A stretch of 32,000 bases of DNA from Mycobacterium tuberculosis H37Rv (GCF_000195955.2 NC_000962.3:1440001-1472000); one strand, 5' to 3'. Positions 9,375 through 21,320 are shown, counted from the stretch's first letter. Numbers and translations: made by a program. Notes: a model not told the origin generated them from the sequence alone.

Positions 9375-10696
9375 GTGCCCGGTGACGAAAAGCCGGTCGG
9401 CGTAGCGGTACTCGGTTTGGGCAACGTCGGCAGCGAGGTTGTCCGCATCATCGAGAACAGCGCCGAGGATCTCGCGGCTCGTGTCGGTGCCCCATTGGTC
9501 CTGCGGGGCATCGGCGTGCGCCGCGTGACGACCGATCGCGGCGTGCCGATCGAATTGTTGACCGACGACATTGAAGAGCTCGTGGCCCGCGAGGATGTCG
9601 ATATCGTGGTGGAAGTGATGGGGCCGGTGGAACCGTCGCGCAAGGCGATCCTGGGCGCCCTTGAGCGCGGCAAGTCCGTCGTTACGGCGAACAAGGCTTT
9701 ACTCGCCACCTCCACCGGCGAATTGGCACAGGCCGCCGAAAGCGCCCATGTTGATCTGTATTTCGAGGCGGCCGTGGCGGGCGCCATTCCGGTCATCCGT
9801 CCGCTCACCCAGTCGCTGGCCGGCGACACGGTGCTGCGAGTGGCCGGGATCGTCAACGGCACCACCAACTACATCCTCTCGGCGATGGACAGCACCGGCG
9901 CTGACTATGCCAGCGCCCTGGCCGACGCAAGTGCGCTGGGCTATGCGGAGGCTGATCCCACCGCAGACGTCGAAGGCTACGACGCCGCGGCCAAGGCAGC
10001 GATCCTGGCATCCATTGCCTTCCACACCCGGGTGACCGCAGACGACGTGTATCGCGAAGGCATCACCAAGGTCACTCCGGCCGACTTCGGATCCGCGCAC
10101 GCGCTGGGTTGCACCATCAAACTGCTGTCGATCTGTGAGCGCATAACCACCGACGAAGGTTCGCAGCGGGTATCGGCCCGCGTCTATCCGGCCCTGGTAC
10201 CTCTGTCGCATCCGCTTGCCGCGGTCAACGGCGCGTTCAATGCCGTGGTGGTCGAGGCCGAGGCCGCGGGCCGGCTGATGTTCTACGGCCAGGGCGCGGG
10301 CGGCGCGCCGACCGCCTCTGCGGTGACCGGTGACCTAGTGATGGCCGCCCGCAACCGGGTACTCGGCAGCCGCGGCCCCCGTGAGTCTAAATACGCTCAA
10401 CTTCCGGTGGCACCAATGGGTTTCATTGAAACGCGCTATTACGTCAGCATGAACGTCGCCGACAAGCCGGGCGTCTTGTCCGCGGTGGCGGCGGAATTCG
10501 CCAAACGCGAGGTGAGCATCGCCGAGGTGCGCCAGGAGGGCGTTGTGGACGAAGGTGGTCGACGGGTGGGAGCCCGAATCGTGGTGGTCACGCACCTCGC
10601 CACTGACGCCGCACTCTCGGAAACCGTTGATGCACTGGACGACTTGGATGTCGTGCAGGGTGTGTCCAGCGTGATACGACTGGAAGGAACCGGCTT

Positions 10697-10700
<4 letters not shown>
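9375..10700 (+). CDS. thrA: Homoserine dehydrogenase with C-terminal ACT domain
   Basis: 441 aa; [16 protein letters not shown] Rossmann motif, [27 protein letters not shown] domain [28 protein letters not shown]. Confidence 0.96.
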
Positions 10701-12947
<2,247 letters not shown>

Positions 12948-12970
12948 TCCGCAAGGTTGCGGGGGTTTGC

Positions 12971-12999
12971 TTGCTTCCGGCCAGGAAGCGGGCTATCCT
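12971..12999 (+). promoter_or_regulatory. Candidate sigma-A-type promoter for rho (TTGCTT, 17-bp spacer, TATCCT)
   Basis: -35-like TTGCTT 12971-12976 and -10-like TATCCT 12994-12999, about 200 nt upstream of the rho start. Confidence 0.5.
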
Positions 13000-13203
13000 C
13001 GGAGCCGTCCAGCAATCGCAGCATCTGCATACGTACTGCCTTGCCGCTAGGACAGCCACCAATTCTTCTTGTGGACGAGGTTCGCCGTATTCGCCGCTGA
13101 TGGCGATCACCGTTGCAAAGTCGATGATTGGCGCACTCGGCGATTTGGCTGACTGCAACAAAACCCCGTATGACGTGATCAGCGGGGGAAGGAAAGGAAA
13201 TCC

Positions 13204-15012
13204 GTGACCGATACGGACCTCATTACGGCTGGCGAAAGTACCGACGGCAAGCCGTCGGATGCCGCTGCCACAGATCCCCCAGACCTCAACGCCGACGAGC
13301 CGGCCGGCTCGCTGGCCACCATGGTGCTGCCCGAACTGCGTGCGCTGGCTAATCGAGCCGGCGTGAAGGGAACATCGGGTATGCGGAAGAACGAACTGAT
13401 CGCTGCGATTGAGGAGATCAGGCGACAGGCCAACGGCGCCCCAGCCGTTGACCGGTCGGCTCAAGAGCACGACAAGGGCGACCGGCCGCCCAGTTCCGAG
13501 GCACCGGCCACCCAGGGGGAACAGACCCCGACCGAACAGATCGATTCCCAAAGCCAACAGGTCCGCCCGGAGCGGCGCAGCGCCACCCGTGAAGCGGGAC
13601 CCTCCGGCTCCGGTGAGCGTGCGGGCACAGCCGCAGACGACACCGACAACCGCCAAGGCGGTCAACAGGACGCCAAGACCGAGGAGCGTGGCACCGACGC
13701 GGGTGGCGACCAAGGGGGTGACCAGCAGGCTTCGGGCGGTCAGCAGGCGCGCGGCGACGAGGACGGAGAAGCGCGTCAGGGCCGGCGCGGACGCCGGTTC
13801 CGCGATCGGCGGCGCCGCGGTGAACGATCCGGCGACGGCGCCGAGGCTGAACTGCGTGAGGACGACGTCGTCCAGCCGGTAGCCGGCATACTCGACGTCC
13901 TGGACAACTACGCGTTTGTGCGCACCTCCGGCTACCTACCCGGTCCGCACGACGTGTATGTGTCGATGAACATGGTGCGCAAGAACGGCATGCGCCGTGG
14001 TGATGCGGTGACCGGTGCGGTGCGGGTGCCCAAGGAAGGGGAGCAACCCAACCAGCGGCAGAAGTTCAACCCGCTGGTCCGCCTGGACAGCATCAACGGC
14101 GGATCGGTCGAAGACGCCAAGAAGCGGCCCGAGTTCGGCAAACTGACGCCGTTGTACCCCAACCAGCGGCTTCGTCTGGAAACCAGTACCGAGCGGCTGA
14201 CCACCCGGGTCATCGACCTCATCATGCCGATCGGCAAGGGTCAACGCGCGTTGATTGTGTCGCCGCCCAAAGCGGGCAAGACAACGATCCTGCAGGACAT
14301 CGCCAACGCGATCACCAGGAACAACCCGGAATGCCACCTCATGGTCGTGCTCGTCGACGAGCGGCCTGAGGAGGTCACCGATATGCAGCGCTCGGTCAAA
14401 GGCGAGGTCATCGCTTCAACTTTCGACCGGCCGCCGTCGGACCACACGTCGGTCGCCGAGCTGGCGATCGAACGCGCCAAGCGGCTGGTGGAGCAAGGCA
14501 AGGACGTCGTGGTGCTGCTCGATTCAATCACCCGGCTAGGCCGCGCTTACAACAACGCGTCGCCGGCGTCGGGCCGGATCCTGTCCGGTGGTGTCGATTC
14601 CACGGCGTTGTACCCGCCCAAGCGCTTCCTGGGGGCCGCGCGCAACATCGAAGAGGGCGGGTCGCTGACCATCATCGCCACTGCGATGGTCGAGACCGGG
14701 TCCACTGGTGACACGGTCATTTTCGAGGAGTTCAAGGGCACCGGCAACGCCGAGCTCAAGCTGGACCGCAAGATCGCCGAGCGGCGGGTTTTCCCTGCGG
14801 TCGACGTGAACCCTTCTGGAACCCGCAAGGACGAGCTACTGCTGTCGCCCGACGAGTTCGCTATTGTGCACAAGCTGCGCCGCGTGCTATCGGGCCTGGA
14901 TTCCCACCAGGCCATCGACCTGCTGATGTCGCAGCTGCGTAAGACGAAGAACAACTACGAATTCCTTGTTCAGGTGTCCAAGACCACGCCAGGGTCCATG
15001 GACAGCGACTGA
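13204..15012 (+). CDS. rho: Transcription termination factor Rho with extended low-complexity N-terminal insertion
   Basis: 602 aa; SPPKAGKTTILQDIANAI (P-loop), VVLVDERPEEVTDMQR, LLDSITRLGRAYN. Residues ~65-200 are Q/G/D/E/R-rich. Confidence 0.97.
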   Translation: MTDTDLITAGESTDGKPSDAAATDPPDLNADEPAGSLATMVLPELRALANRAGVKGTSGMRKNELIAAIEEIRRQANGAPAVDRSAQEHDKGDRPPSSEAPATQGEQTPTEQIDSQSQQVRPERRSATREAGPSGSGERAGTAADDTDNRQGGQQDAKTEERGTDAGGDQGGDQQASGGQQARGDEDGEARQGRRGRRFRDRRRRGERSGDGAEAELREDDVVQPVAGILDVLDNYAFVRTSGYLPGPHDVYVSMNMVRKNGMRRGDAVTGAVRVPKEGEQPNQRQKFNPLVRLDSINGGSVEDAKKRPEFGKLTPLYPNQRLRLETSTERLTTRVIDLIMPIGKGQRALIVSPPKAGKTTILQDIANAITRNNPECHLMVVLVDERPEEVTDMQRSVKGEVIASTFDRPPSDHTSVAELAIERAKRLVEQGKDVVVLLDSITRLGRAYNNASPASGRILSGGVDSTALYPPKRFLGAARNIEEGGSLTIIATAMVETGSTGDTVIFEEFKGTGNAELKLDRKIAERRVFPAVDVNPSGTRKDELLLSPDEFAIVHKLRRVLSGLDSHQAIDLLMSQLRKTKNNYEFLVQVSKTTPGSMDSD

Positions 15013-15162
15013 TCCGGCGAGACGGCTCGCCGGGAATGTCCGCACGCATCTCGGTGTTTGGGGTGATAGCGGTTGACCTGGCATAATCGATGCTCAACGA
15101 GTTGGAACCGGACCAGGTTCTCGGCACGCCACGACGGGCGGCCACCGATCACAGAGGGCAGC

Positions 15163-15405
15163 ATGAAATCTGACATTCATCCGGCATATGAGGAGACCAC
15201 CGTGGTCTGCGGATGCGGCAATACCTTCCAGACGCGTAGCACCAAGCCGGGAGGTCGTATTGTGGTTGAGGTTTGTTCGCAGTGTCATCCGTTCTACACC
15301 GGCAAGCAGAAGATCCTCGACAGCGGCGGCCGGGTGGCTCGCTTCGAGAAGCGGTACGGCAAGCGCAAGGTCGGAGCTGACAAGGCGGTTTCAACCGGCA
15401 AATAG
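15163..15405 (+). CDS. rpmE: 50S ribosomal protein L31, zinc-binding (C+) form
   Basis: 80 aa [27 protein letters not shown]...[14 protein letters not shown], with CxC and CxxC pairs. The ATG at 15163 is the natural start inside the longer ORF. Confidence 0.95.
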
Positions 15406-15412
15406 CTGGCTT

Positions 15413-15457
15413 ACCGACGCCCGAACTGTGCACCAGCGGTACAGGACGGGCGTCGGT
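15413..15457 (+). other. Intergenic hairpin between rpmE and prfA (11-bp perfect stem, 23-nt loop)
   Basis: ACCGACGCCCG (15413-15423) pairs with CGGGCGTCGGT (15447-15457); a small CTGT/ACAG pairing sits within the loop. No T tract. Confidence 0.7.
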
Positions 15458-15494
15458 TCGCGTTAGGGTCCGCGCTCGCGGGAAGAAGGTTGAC

Positions 15495-16568
15495 ATGACG
15501 CAGCCAGTGCAGACGATTGACGTGTTGCTCGCCGAACACGCCGAGCTCGAGCTTGCGCTGGCAGATCCCGCGCTGCACAGCAATCCGGCCGAGGCGCGCA
15601 GAGTCGGGCGCCGGTTTGCCCGATTGGCCCCGATCGTCGCAACCCACCGCAAGCTGACGTCCGCGCGCGACGACCTCGAGACCGCGCGCGAGCTGGTGGC
15701 TTCCGACGAGTCGTTCGCCGCCGAGGTTGCCGCATTGGAGGCTCGGGTGGGCGAACTGGATGCCCAACTCACTGACATGTTGGCACCGCGTGACCCGCAC
15801 GATGCCGATGACATTGTGCTGGAAGTCAAATCCGGCGAGGGGGGCGAAGAATCCGCGTTGTTCGCCGCCGATTTGGCCAGGATGTATATCCGCTACGCCG
15901 AGCGGCACGGCTGGGCGGTGACGGTGTTGGACGAGACCACCTCGGATCTGGGTGGGTACAAGGACGCGACGTTGGCGATTGCCAGCAAAGCCGACACCCC
16001 CGACGGGGTGTGGTCGCGCATGAAGTTCGAGGGCGGGGTGCACCGCGTACAACGGGTCCCAGTGACGGAATCCCAAGGCCGCGTGCATACTTCGGCGGCG
16101 GGTGTGCTGGTCTATCCGGAGCCCGAGGAAGTCGGCCAAGTGCAGATCGACGAGTCGGATCTGCGTATCGACGTTTTCCGGTCGTCCGGCAAGGGCGGGC
16201 AGGGAGTGAATACCACCGACTCCGCGGTGCGTATCACCCATCTGCCCACTGGAATCGTCGTCACCTGTCAGAACGAACGGTCGCAGCTGCAGAACAAGAC
16301 GCGTGCGTTGCAGGTGCTGGCCGCTCGGTTGCAGGCAATGGCCGAGGAGCAGGCGCTGGCCGACGCGTCGGCCGACCGGGCTAGCCAAATCCGCACTGTG
16401 GACCGTAGTGAACGCATTCGCACCTACAACTTCCCGGAGAACCGGATCACCGACCACCGGATCGGTTACAAGTCACACAATCTCGATCAGGTGCTGGATG
16501 GCGATCTTGACGCGTTGTTCGACGCTCTGTCCGCCGCGGACAAGCAATCCCGGTTGCGACAATCATGA
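15495..16568 (+). CDS. prfA: Peptide chain release factor 1
   Basis: 357 aa; GGQ motif [27 protein letters not shown] and a C-terminal [10 protein letters not shown]-type tail. Confidence 0.97.
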   Translation: MTQPVQTIDVLLAEHAELELALADPALHSNPAEARRVGRRFARLAPIVATHRKLTSARDDLETARELVASDESFAAEVAALEARVGELDAQLTDMLAPRDPHDADDIVLEVKSGEGGEESALFAADLARMYIRYAERHGWAVTVLDETTSDLGGYKDATLAIASKADTPDGVWSRMKFEGGVHRVQRVPVTESQGRVHTSAAGVLVYPEPEEVGQVQIDESDLRIDVFRSSGKGGQGVNTTDSAVRITHLPTGIVVTCQNERSQLQNKTRALQVLAARLQAMAEEQALADASADRASQIRTVDRSERIRTYNFPENRITDHRIGYKSHNLDQVLDGDLDALFDALSAADKQSRLRQS

Positions 16569-17542
16569 CCTCCGCGCCGGCGACGATGCGGTGGGGGAAC
16601 CTCCCGCTTGCGGGGGAGAGCGGCACAATGACCCTGCGTCAGGCGATCGACTTGGCTGCTGCGCTATTGGCCGAAGCGGGGGTCGACTCGGCGCGTTGCG
16701 ACGCTGAGCAGTTGGCCGCTCACCTAGCGGGCACAGACCGCGGTAGGCTACCCCTGTTCGAGCCGCCCGGCGACGAGTTCTTCGGGCGCTATCGCGACAT
16801 CGTCACCGCTCGTGCGCGGCGGGTGCCGTTGCAGCATCTCATCGGGACTGTGTCGTTTGGGCCCGTGGTGCTGCATGTCGGCCCGGGTGTGTTTGTACCG
16901 CGTCCGGAGACCGAAGCCATTTTGGCCTGGGCCACCGCGCAGTCGCTGCCGGCGCGGCCGCTGATTGTCGACGCATGCACGGGATCTGGCGCGTTGGCGG
17001 TCGCATTGGCCCAGCACCGGGCCAACCTTGGACTAAAGGCCCGCATCATCGGCATTGACGACTCCGACTGCGCCCTTGACTATGCCCGCCGCAATGCGGC
17101 GGGTACCCCGGTAGAGTTGGTGCGTGCCGACGTCACCACGCCCCGCCTGCTCCCCGAACTCGACGGACAAGTCGACCTGATGGTTTCCAACCCGCCCTAC
17201 ATCCCTGATGCTGCTGTTTTGGAACCTGAAGTAGCGCAACATGACCCGCATCACGCGTTGTTCGGCGGTCCCGACGGGATGACGGTGATATCCGCGGTCG
17301 TCGGGCTTGCTGGGCGCTGGCTGCGTCCCGGTGGCCTGTTCGCCGTCGAACACGACGACACCACGTCGTCGTCAACTGTCGATTTGGTCAGCAGCACAAA
17401 ACTTTTCGTGGACGTACAAGCCCGGAAAGATCTGGCCGGACGGCCGAGGTTTGTGACGGCGATGAGGTGGGGGCACCTCCCGCTTGCAGGGGAGAACGGC
17501 GCCATTGACCCGCGCCAGCGACGATGCAGAGCGAAGCGATGA
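16565..17542 (+). CDS. hemK: Release factor glutamine methyltransferase (PrmC/HemK)
   Basis: 325 aa; [30 protein letters not shown] overlap with the prfA stop; a second in-frame ATG lies at 16628. Confidence 0.95.
   Translation: MTSAPATMRWGNLPLAGESGTMTLRQAIDLAAALLAEAGVDSARCDAEQLAAHLAGTDRGRLPLFEPPGDEFFGRYRDIVTARARRVPLQHLIGTVSFGPVVLHVGPGVFVPRPETEAILAWATAQSLPARPLIVDACTGSGALAVALAQHRANLGLKARIIGIDDSDCALDYARRNAAGTPVELVRADVTTPRLLPELDGQVDLMVSNPPYIPDAAVLEPEVAQHDPHHALFGGPDGMTVISAVVGLAGRWLRPGGLFAVEHDDTTSSSTVDLVSSTKLFVDVQARKDLAGRPRFVTAMRWGHLPLAGENGAIDPRQRRCRAKR
16585..16626 (+). repeat. Copy A of a 42-bp GC-rich dyad repeat module (MIRU/intergenic-repeat-like) inside the hemK 5' coding region
   Basis: gatgcggtgggggaacctcccgcttgcgggggagagcggcac matches 17461-17502 at 37/42 positions. 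Confidence 0.85.
17461..17502 (+). repeat. Copy B of the same 42-bp module, at the hemK 3' end
   Basis: gatgaggtgggggcacctcccgcttgcaggggagaacggcgc. Followed by a related module (acgatgcagagcgaagcgatgaggagaagcggcgccattgac, 17521-17562) repeating the ggagaa(g)cggcgccattgac tail. Confidence 0.85.
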
Positions 17543-17557
17543 GGAGAAGCGGCGCCA

Positions 17558-18211
17558 TTGACTGAGACGTTCGACTGCGCCGACCCCGAGCAGCGTTCGC
17601 GTGGAATCGTCTCTGCGGTAGGGGCAATCAAGGCGGGCCAACTGGTGGTGATGCCTACGGACACGGTGTATGGGATCGGCGCCGACGCCTTCGACAGCTC
17701 CGCGGTGGCCGCGTTGCTGTCGGCAAAGGGGCGGGGTCGCGATATGCCGGTAGGTGTGCTGGTCGGCTCTTGGCACACGATCGAGGGGCTGGTCTACTCT
17801 ATGCCCGACGGTGCCCGCGAACTGATTCGCGCATTCTGGCCCGGCGCGCTCAGCCTGGTGGTCGTGCAAGCGCCGTCGCTGCAATGGGATCTTGGCGATG
17901 CCCATGGCACCGTGATGCTGCGAATGCCGCTGCACCCGGTCGCCATCGAGTTGTTGCGTGAGGTGGGTCCGATGGCGGTATCCAGCGCCAACATCTCGGG
18001 CCACCCACCCCCGGTCGACGCCGAACAGGCACGCTCTCAACTCGGCGACCACGTCGCGGTCTATCTCGACGCGGGTCCATCCGAACAGCAGGCCGGCTCC
18101 ACGATCGTCGATCTGACCGGAGCCACCCCACGCGTCCTGCGGCCGGGGCCGGTCAGCACCGAGCGGATCGCCGAGGTACTTGGTGTGGACGCGGCCAGCT
18201 TGTTCGGCTAG
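17558..18211 (+). CDS. Sua5/YciO/YrdC/YwlC family threonylcarbamoyl-AMP synthase (TsaC-like, Rv1301-like)
   Basis: 217 aa from a TTG start; IKAGQLVVMPTDTVYGIGADAF, KGRGRDMPVGVLV, AVSSANISGHP, STIVDLTG. Confidence 0.92.
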   Translation: MTETFDCADPEQRSRGIVSAVGAIKAGQLVVMPTDTVYGIGADAFDSSAVAALLSAKGRGRDMPVGVLVGSWHTIEGLVYSMPDGARELIRAFWPGALSLVVVQAPSLQWDLGDAHGTVMLRMPLHPVAIELLREVGPMAVSSANISGHPPPVDAEQARSQLGDHVAVYLDAGPSEQQAGSTIVDLTGATPRVLRPGPVSTERIAEVLGVDAASLFG

Positions 18212-18212
18212 C

Positions 18213-18274
18213 CGCCGAACGTGCACGCACTGCGAAGATTCGGCCAATTGTTCGCAGCTGTTGCACGTTCGGCG
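18213..18274 (+). other. Long two-tier inverted repeat between the Sua5-like gene and wecA
   Basis: Outer 13-bp perfect arms CGCCGAACGTGCA / TGCACGTTCGGCG (18213-18225 / 18262-18274); inner 7-bp perfect arms CTGCGAA / TTCGCAG (18230-18236 / 18251-18257). Confidence 0.85.
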
Positions 18275-18294
18275 AGTGTTCAGCTCTCAGGTTG

Positions 18295-19509
18295 GTGCAG
18301 TACGGTCTCGAGGTGTCCAGCGATGTGGCCGGCGTTGCCGGTGGCTTGCTCGCCCTGTCCTATCGCGGCGCCGGTGTCCCGCTGCGTGAGCTTGCGCTGG
18401 TCGGGCTGACCGCGGCGATCATCACCTATTTTGCGACCGGTCCGGTGCGGATGCTGGCCAGTCGCCTGGGAGCCGTCGCCTACCCGCGGGAGCGAGATGT
18501 GCACGTCACGCCTACCCCTCGGATGGGTGGGTTGGCGATGTTCCTGGGCATTGTCGGCGCCGTCTTTCTTGCCTCCCAGCTTCCGGCACTCACCCGGGGG
18601 TTCGTCTATTCCACCGGCATGCCCGCGGTGCTGGTGGCCGGTGCGGTGATCATGGGCATCGGCCTGATCGATGATCGTTGGGGTCTGGATGCACTGACGA
18701 AGTTCGCCGGCCAGATCACGGCGGCGAGCGTTCTGGTCACCATGGGTGTCGCCTGGAGTGTCCTGTACATCCCGGTGGGTGGTGTGGGCACCATCGTCTT
18801 GGACCAGGCTTCCTCGATCCTGCTTACCCTGGCGCTGACCGTTTCGATCGTCAACGCGATGAACTTTGTCGACGGTCTCGACGGGCTGGCCGCCGGCCTG
18901 GGCCTGATAACGGCGCTGGCAATCTGCATGTTCTCGGTGGGTTTGCTTCGTGACCACGGTGGTGACGTTTTGTACTACCCGCCGGCGGTGATTTCGGTGG
19001 TCCTGGCCGGGGCCTGCCTGGGCTTTCTGCCACACAACTTCCACCGGGCCAAGATCTTCATGGGCGATTCCGGGTCGATGCTGATCGGCCTGATGCTGGC
19101 CGCCGCTTCCACCACCGCGGCCGGGCCGATCTCGCAGAACGCCTACGGCGCTCGTGATGTATTTGCTTTGCTGTCGCCGTTCCTGCTGGTGGTGGCGGTC
19201 ATGTTTGTGCCAATGCTCGACCTGCTGCTAGCGATCGTCCGTCGCACCCGCGCCGGCCGCAGCGCGTTTAGCCCGGACAAAATGCACCTGCATCACCGGC
19301 TGCTGCAGATCGGTCATTCCCATCGGCGCGTGGTCCTGATCATCTACCTGTGGGTGGGCATCGTTGCCTTCGGCGCCGCGAGCTCGATCTTCTTTAACCC
19401 GCGCGACACCGCGGCGGTGATGCTGGGCGCGATCGTGGTCGCCGGCGTCGCGACACTGATCCCCCTGTTGCGCCGCGGCGACGACTACTACGACCCGGAC
19501 CTGGACTAG
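18295..19509 (+). CDS. wecA: UDP-phosphate N-acetylglucosaminyl-1-phosphate transferase (WecA/Rfe family); start TTG 18292 or GTG 18295
   Basis: About 404 aa multi-spanning protein with GLIDDRWGLD, NAMNFVDGLDGLAAG, KIFMGDSGSMLIG and SPDKMHLHHRLLQIGHSHRR. Confidence 0.93.
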   Translation: MQYGLEVSSDVAGVAGGLLALSYRGAGVPLRELALVGLTAAIITYFATGPVRMLASRLGAVAYPRERDVHVTPTPRMGGLAMFLGIVGAVFLASQLPALTRGFVYSTGMPAVLVAGAVIMGIGLIDDRWGLDALTKFAGQITAASVLVTMGVAWSVLYIPVGGVGTIVLDQASSILLTLALTVSIVNAMNFVDGLDGLAAGLGLITALAICMFSVGLLRDHGGDVLYYPPAVISVVLAGACLGFLPHNFHRAKIFMGDSGSMLIGLMLAAASTTAAGPISQNAYGARDVFALLSPFLLVVAVMFVPMLDLLLAIVRRTRAGRSAFSPDKMHLHHRLLQIGHSHRRVVLIIYLWVGIVAFGAASSIFFNPRDTAAVMLGAIVVAGVATLIPLLRRGDDYYDPDLD

Positions 19510-19765
19510 CCCGGAGCCGAGAACTACGACAAGGAGTAGTAGTGGTGTCTACCTTGTGGTACGGTGCGGCTAGAACCCCGAAGGAGACCTCGCGGGTTGC
19601 CGGCCCCCGGCCCATCGGATGCGTATCCGGTCGCGCCGATTCACGACCGACATAGGGAGCTACCCCTTGGGTGATTCCGGTGCGACGACTGCGATACGCT
19701 CGGCGGGCCACCGATCAGTCGATCGGGTGGTTTCCGCTCCATCAGCCCGGAATTGAGGTGCCGCA

Positions 19766-20251
19766 GTGACGACACCAGCGCAGGACGCGCCGTTGGTGTT
19801 TCCCTCTGTTGCTTTCCGTCCGGTTCGCCTTTTTTTCATCAACGTTGGACTGGCCGCAGTGGCGATGTTGGTCGCCGGCGTGTTCGGTCACCTGACGGTC
19901 GGGATGTTCTTGGGTCTCGGGTTGCTGCTGGGTTTGCTCAATGCCCTGCTGGTGCGGCGTTCGGCCGAGTCGATCACCGCCAAAGAGCACCCGTTAAAAC
20001 GGTCGATGGCCCTCAACTCGGCATCGCGACTGGCGATTATCACCATCCTCGGGCTGATCATCGCCTACATTTTCCGGCCCGCTGGATTGGGCGTCGTGTT
20101 CGGGCTGGCATTCTTCCAGGTGCTGCTGGTGGCAACGACGGCCCTGCCGGTCCTGAAGAAGCTGCGCACTGCGACCGAGGAACCGGTCGCAACTTATTCT
20201 TCCAATGGCCAGACCGGGGGATCGGAAGGAAGGAGCGCCAGCGATGACTGA
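19766..20251 (+). CDS. Small membrane protein preceding the ATP synthase operon (AtpI-like position, Rv1303-like)
   Basis: 161 aa with 4 hydrophobic segments; GTG start; 3' end overlaps the atpB start. Confidence 0.85.
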
Positions 20252-20996
20252 GACCATCCTGGCCGCCCAAATCGAGGTCGGCGAGCACCACACGGCCACC
20301 TGGCTCGGTATGACGGTCAACACCGACACCGTGTTGTCGACGGCGATCGCCGGGTTGATCGTGATCGCGTTGGCCTTTTACCTGCGCGCCAAAGTGACTT
20401 CGACGGATGTGCCAGGCGGGGTGCAGTTGTTTTTTGAGGCGATCACCATTCAGATGCGCAATCAGGTCGAAAGCGCCATCGGGATGCGGATCGCACCCTT
20501 CGTGCTGCCGCTGGCGGTGACCATCTTCGTGTTCATCCTGATCTCCAACTGGCTGGCAGTCCTCCCGGTGCAGTACACCGATAAACACGGGCACACCACC
20601 GAGTTGCTCAAATCGGCAGCAGCGGACATCAATTACGTGCTGGCGCTGGCGCTTTTCGTGTTCGTCTGCTACCACACGGCCGGTATTTGGCGGCGCGGTA
20701 TTGTCGGACACCCGATCAAGTTGCTGAAAGGGCACGTGACGCTCCTCGCGCCGATCAACCTTGTCGAAGAAGTCGCCAAGCCAATCTCGTTGTCGCTCCG
20801 ACTTTTCGGCAACATTTTCGCCGGCGGCATTCTGGTCGCACTGATCGCGCTCTTTCCCCCCTACATCATGTGGGCGCCCAATGCGATCTGGAAAGCATTT
20901 GACCTGTTCGTCGGCGCAATCCAGGCCTTCATTTTTGCGCTGCTGACAATTTTGTACTTCAGCCAAGCGATGGAGCTCGAAGAGGAACACCACTAG
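20244..20996 (+). CDS. atpB: ATP synthase F0 subunit a
   Basis: 250 aa [22 protein letters not shown]...; [26 protein letters not shown]. Confidence 0.97.
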
Positions 20997-21290
<294 letters not shown>

Positions 21291-21320
21291 TTCGACGGCA
21301 AATGGTTGCAATAGGTAGCA

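Noticed and set aside
12949-12962. CCGCAAggTTGCGG as a thrB intrinsic terminator
   Set aside because: A 2-nt loop is sterically poor and the following sequence is G-rich with only a short T run. Not strong enough to list as a terminator.
15411-16457. 348-aa minus-strand ORF antisense to prfA
   Set aside because: Shadow of RF1, no motif.
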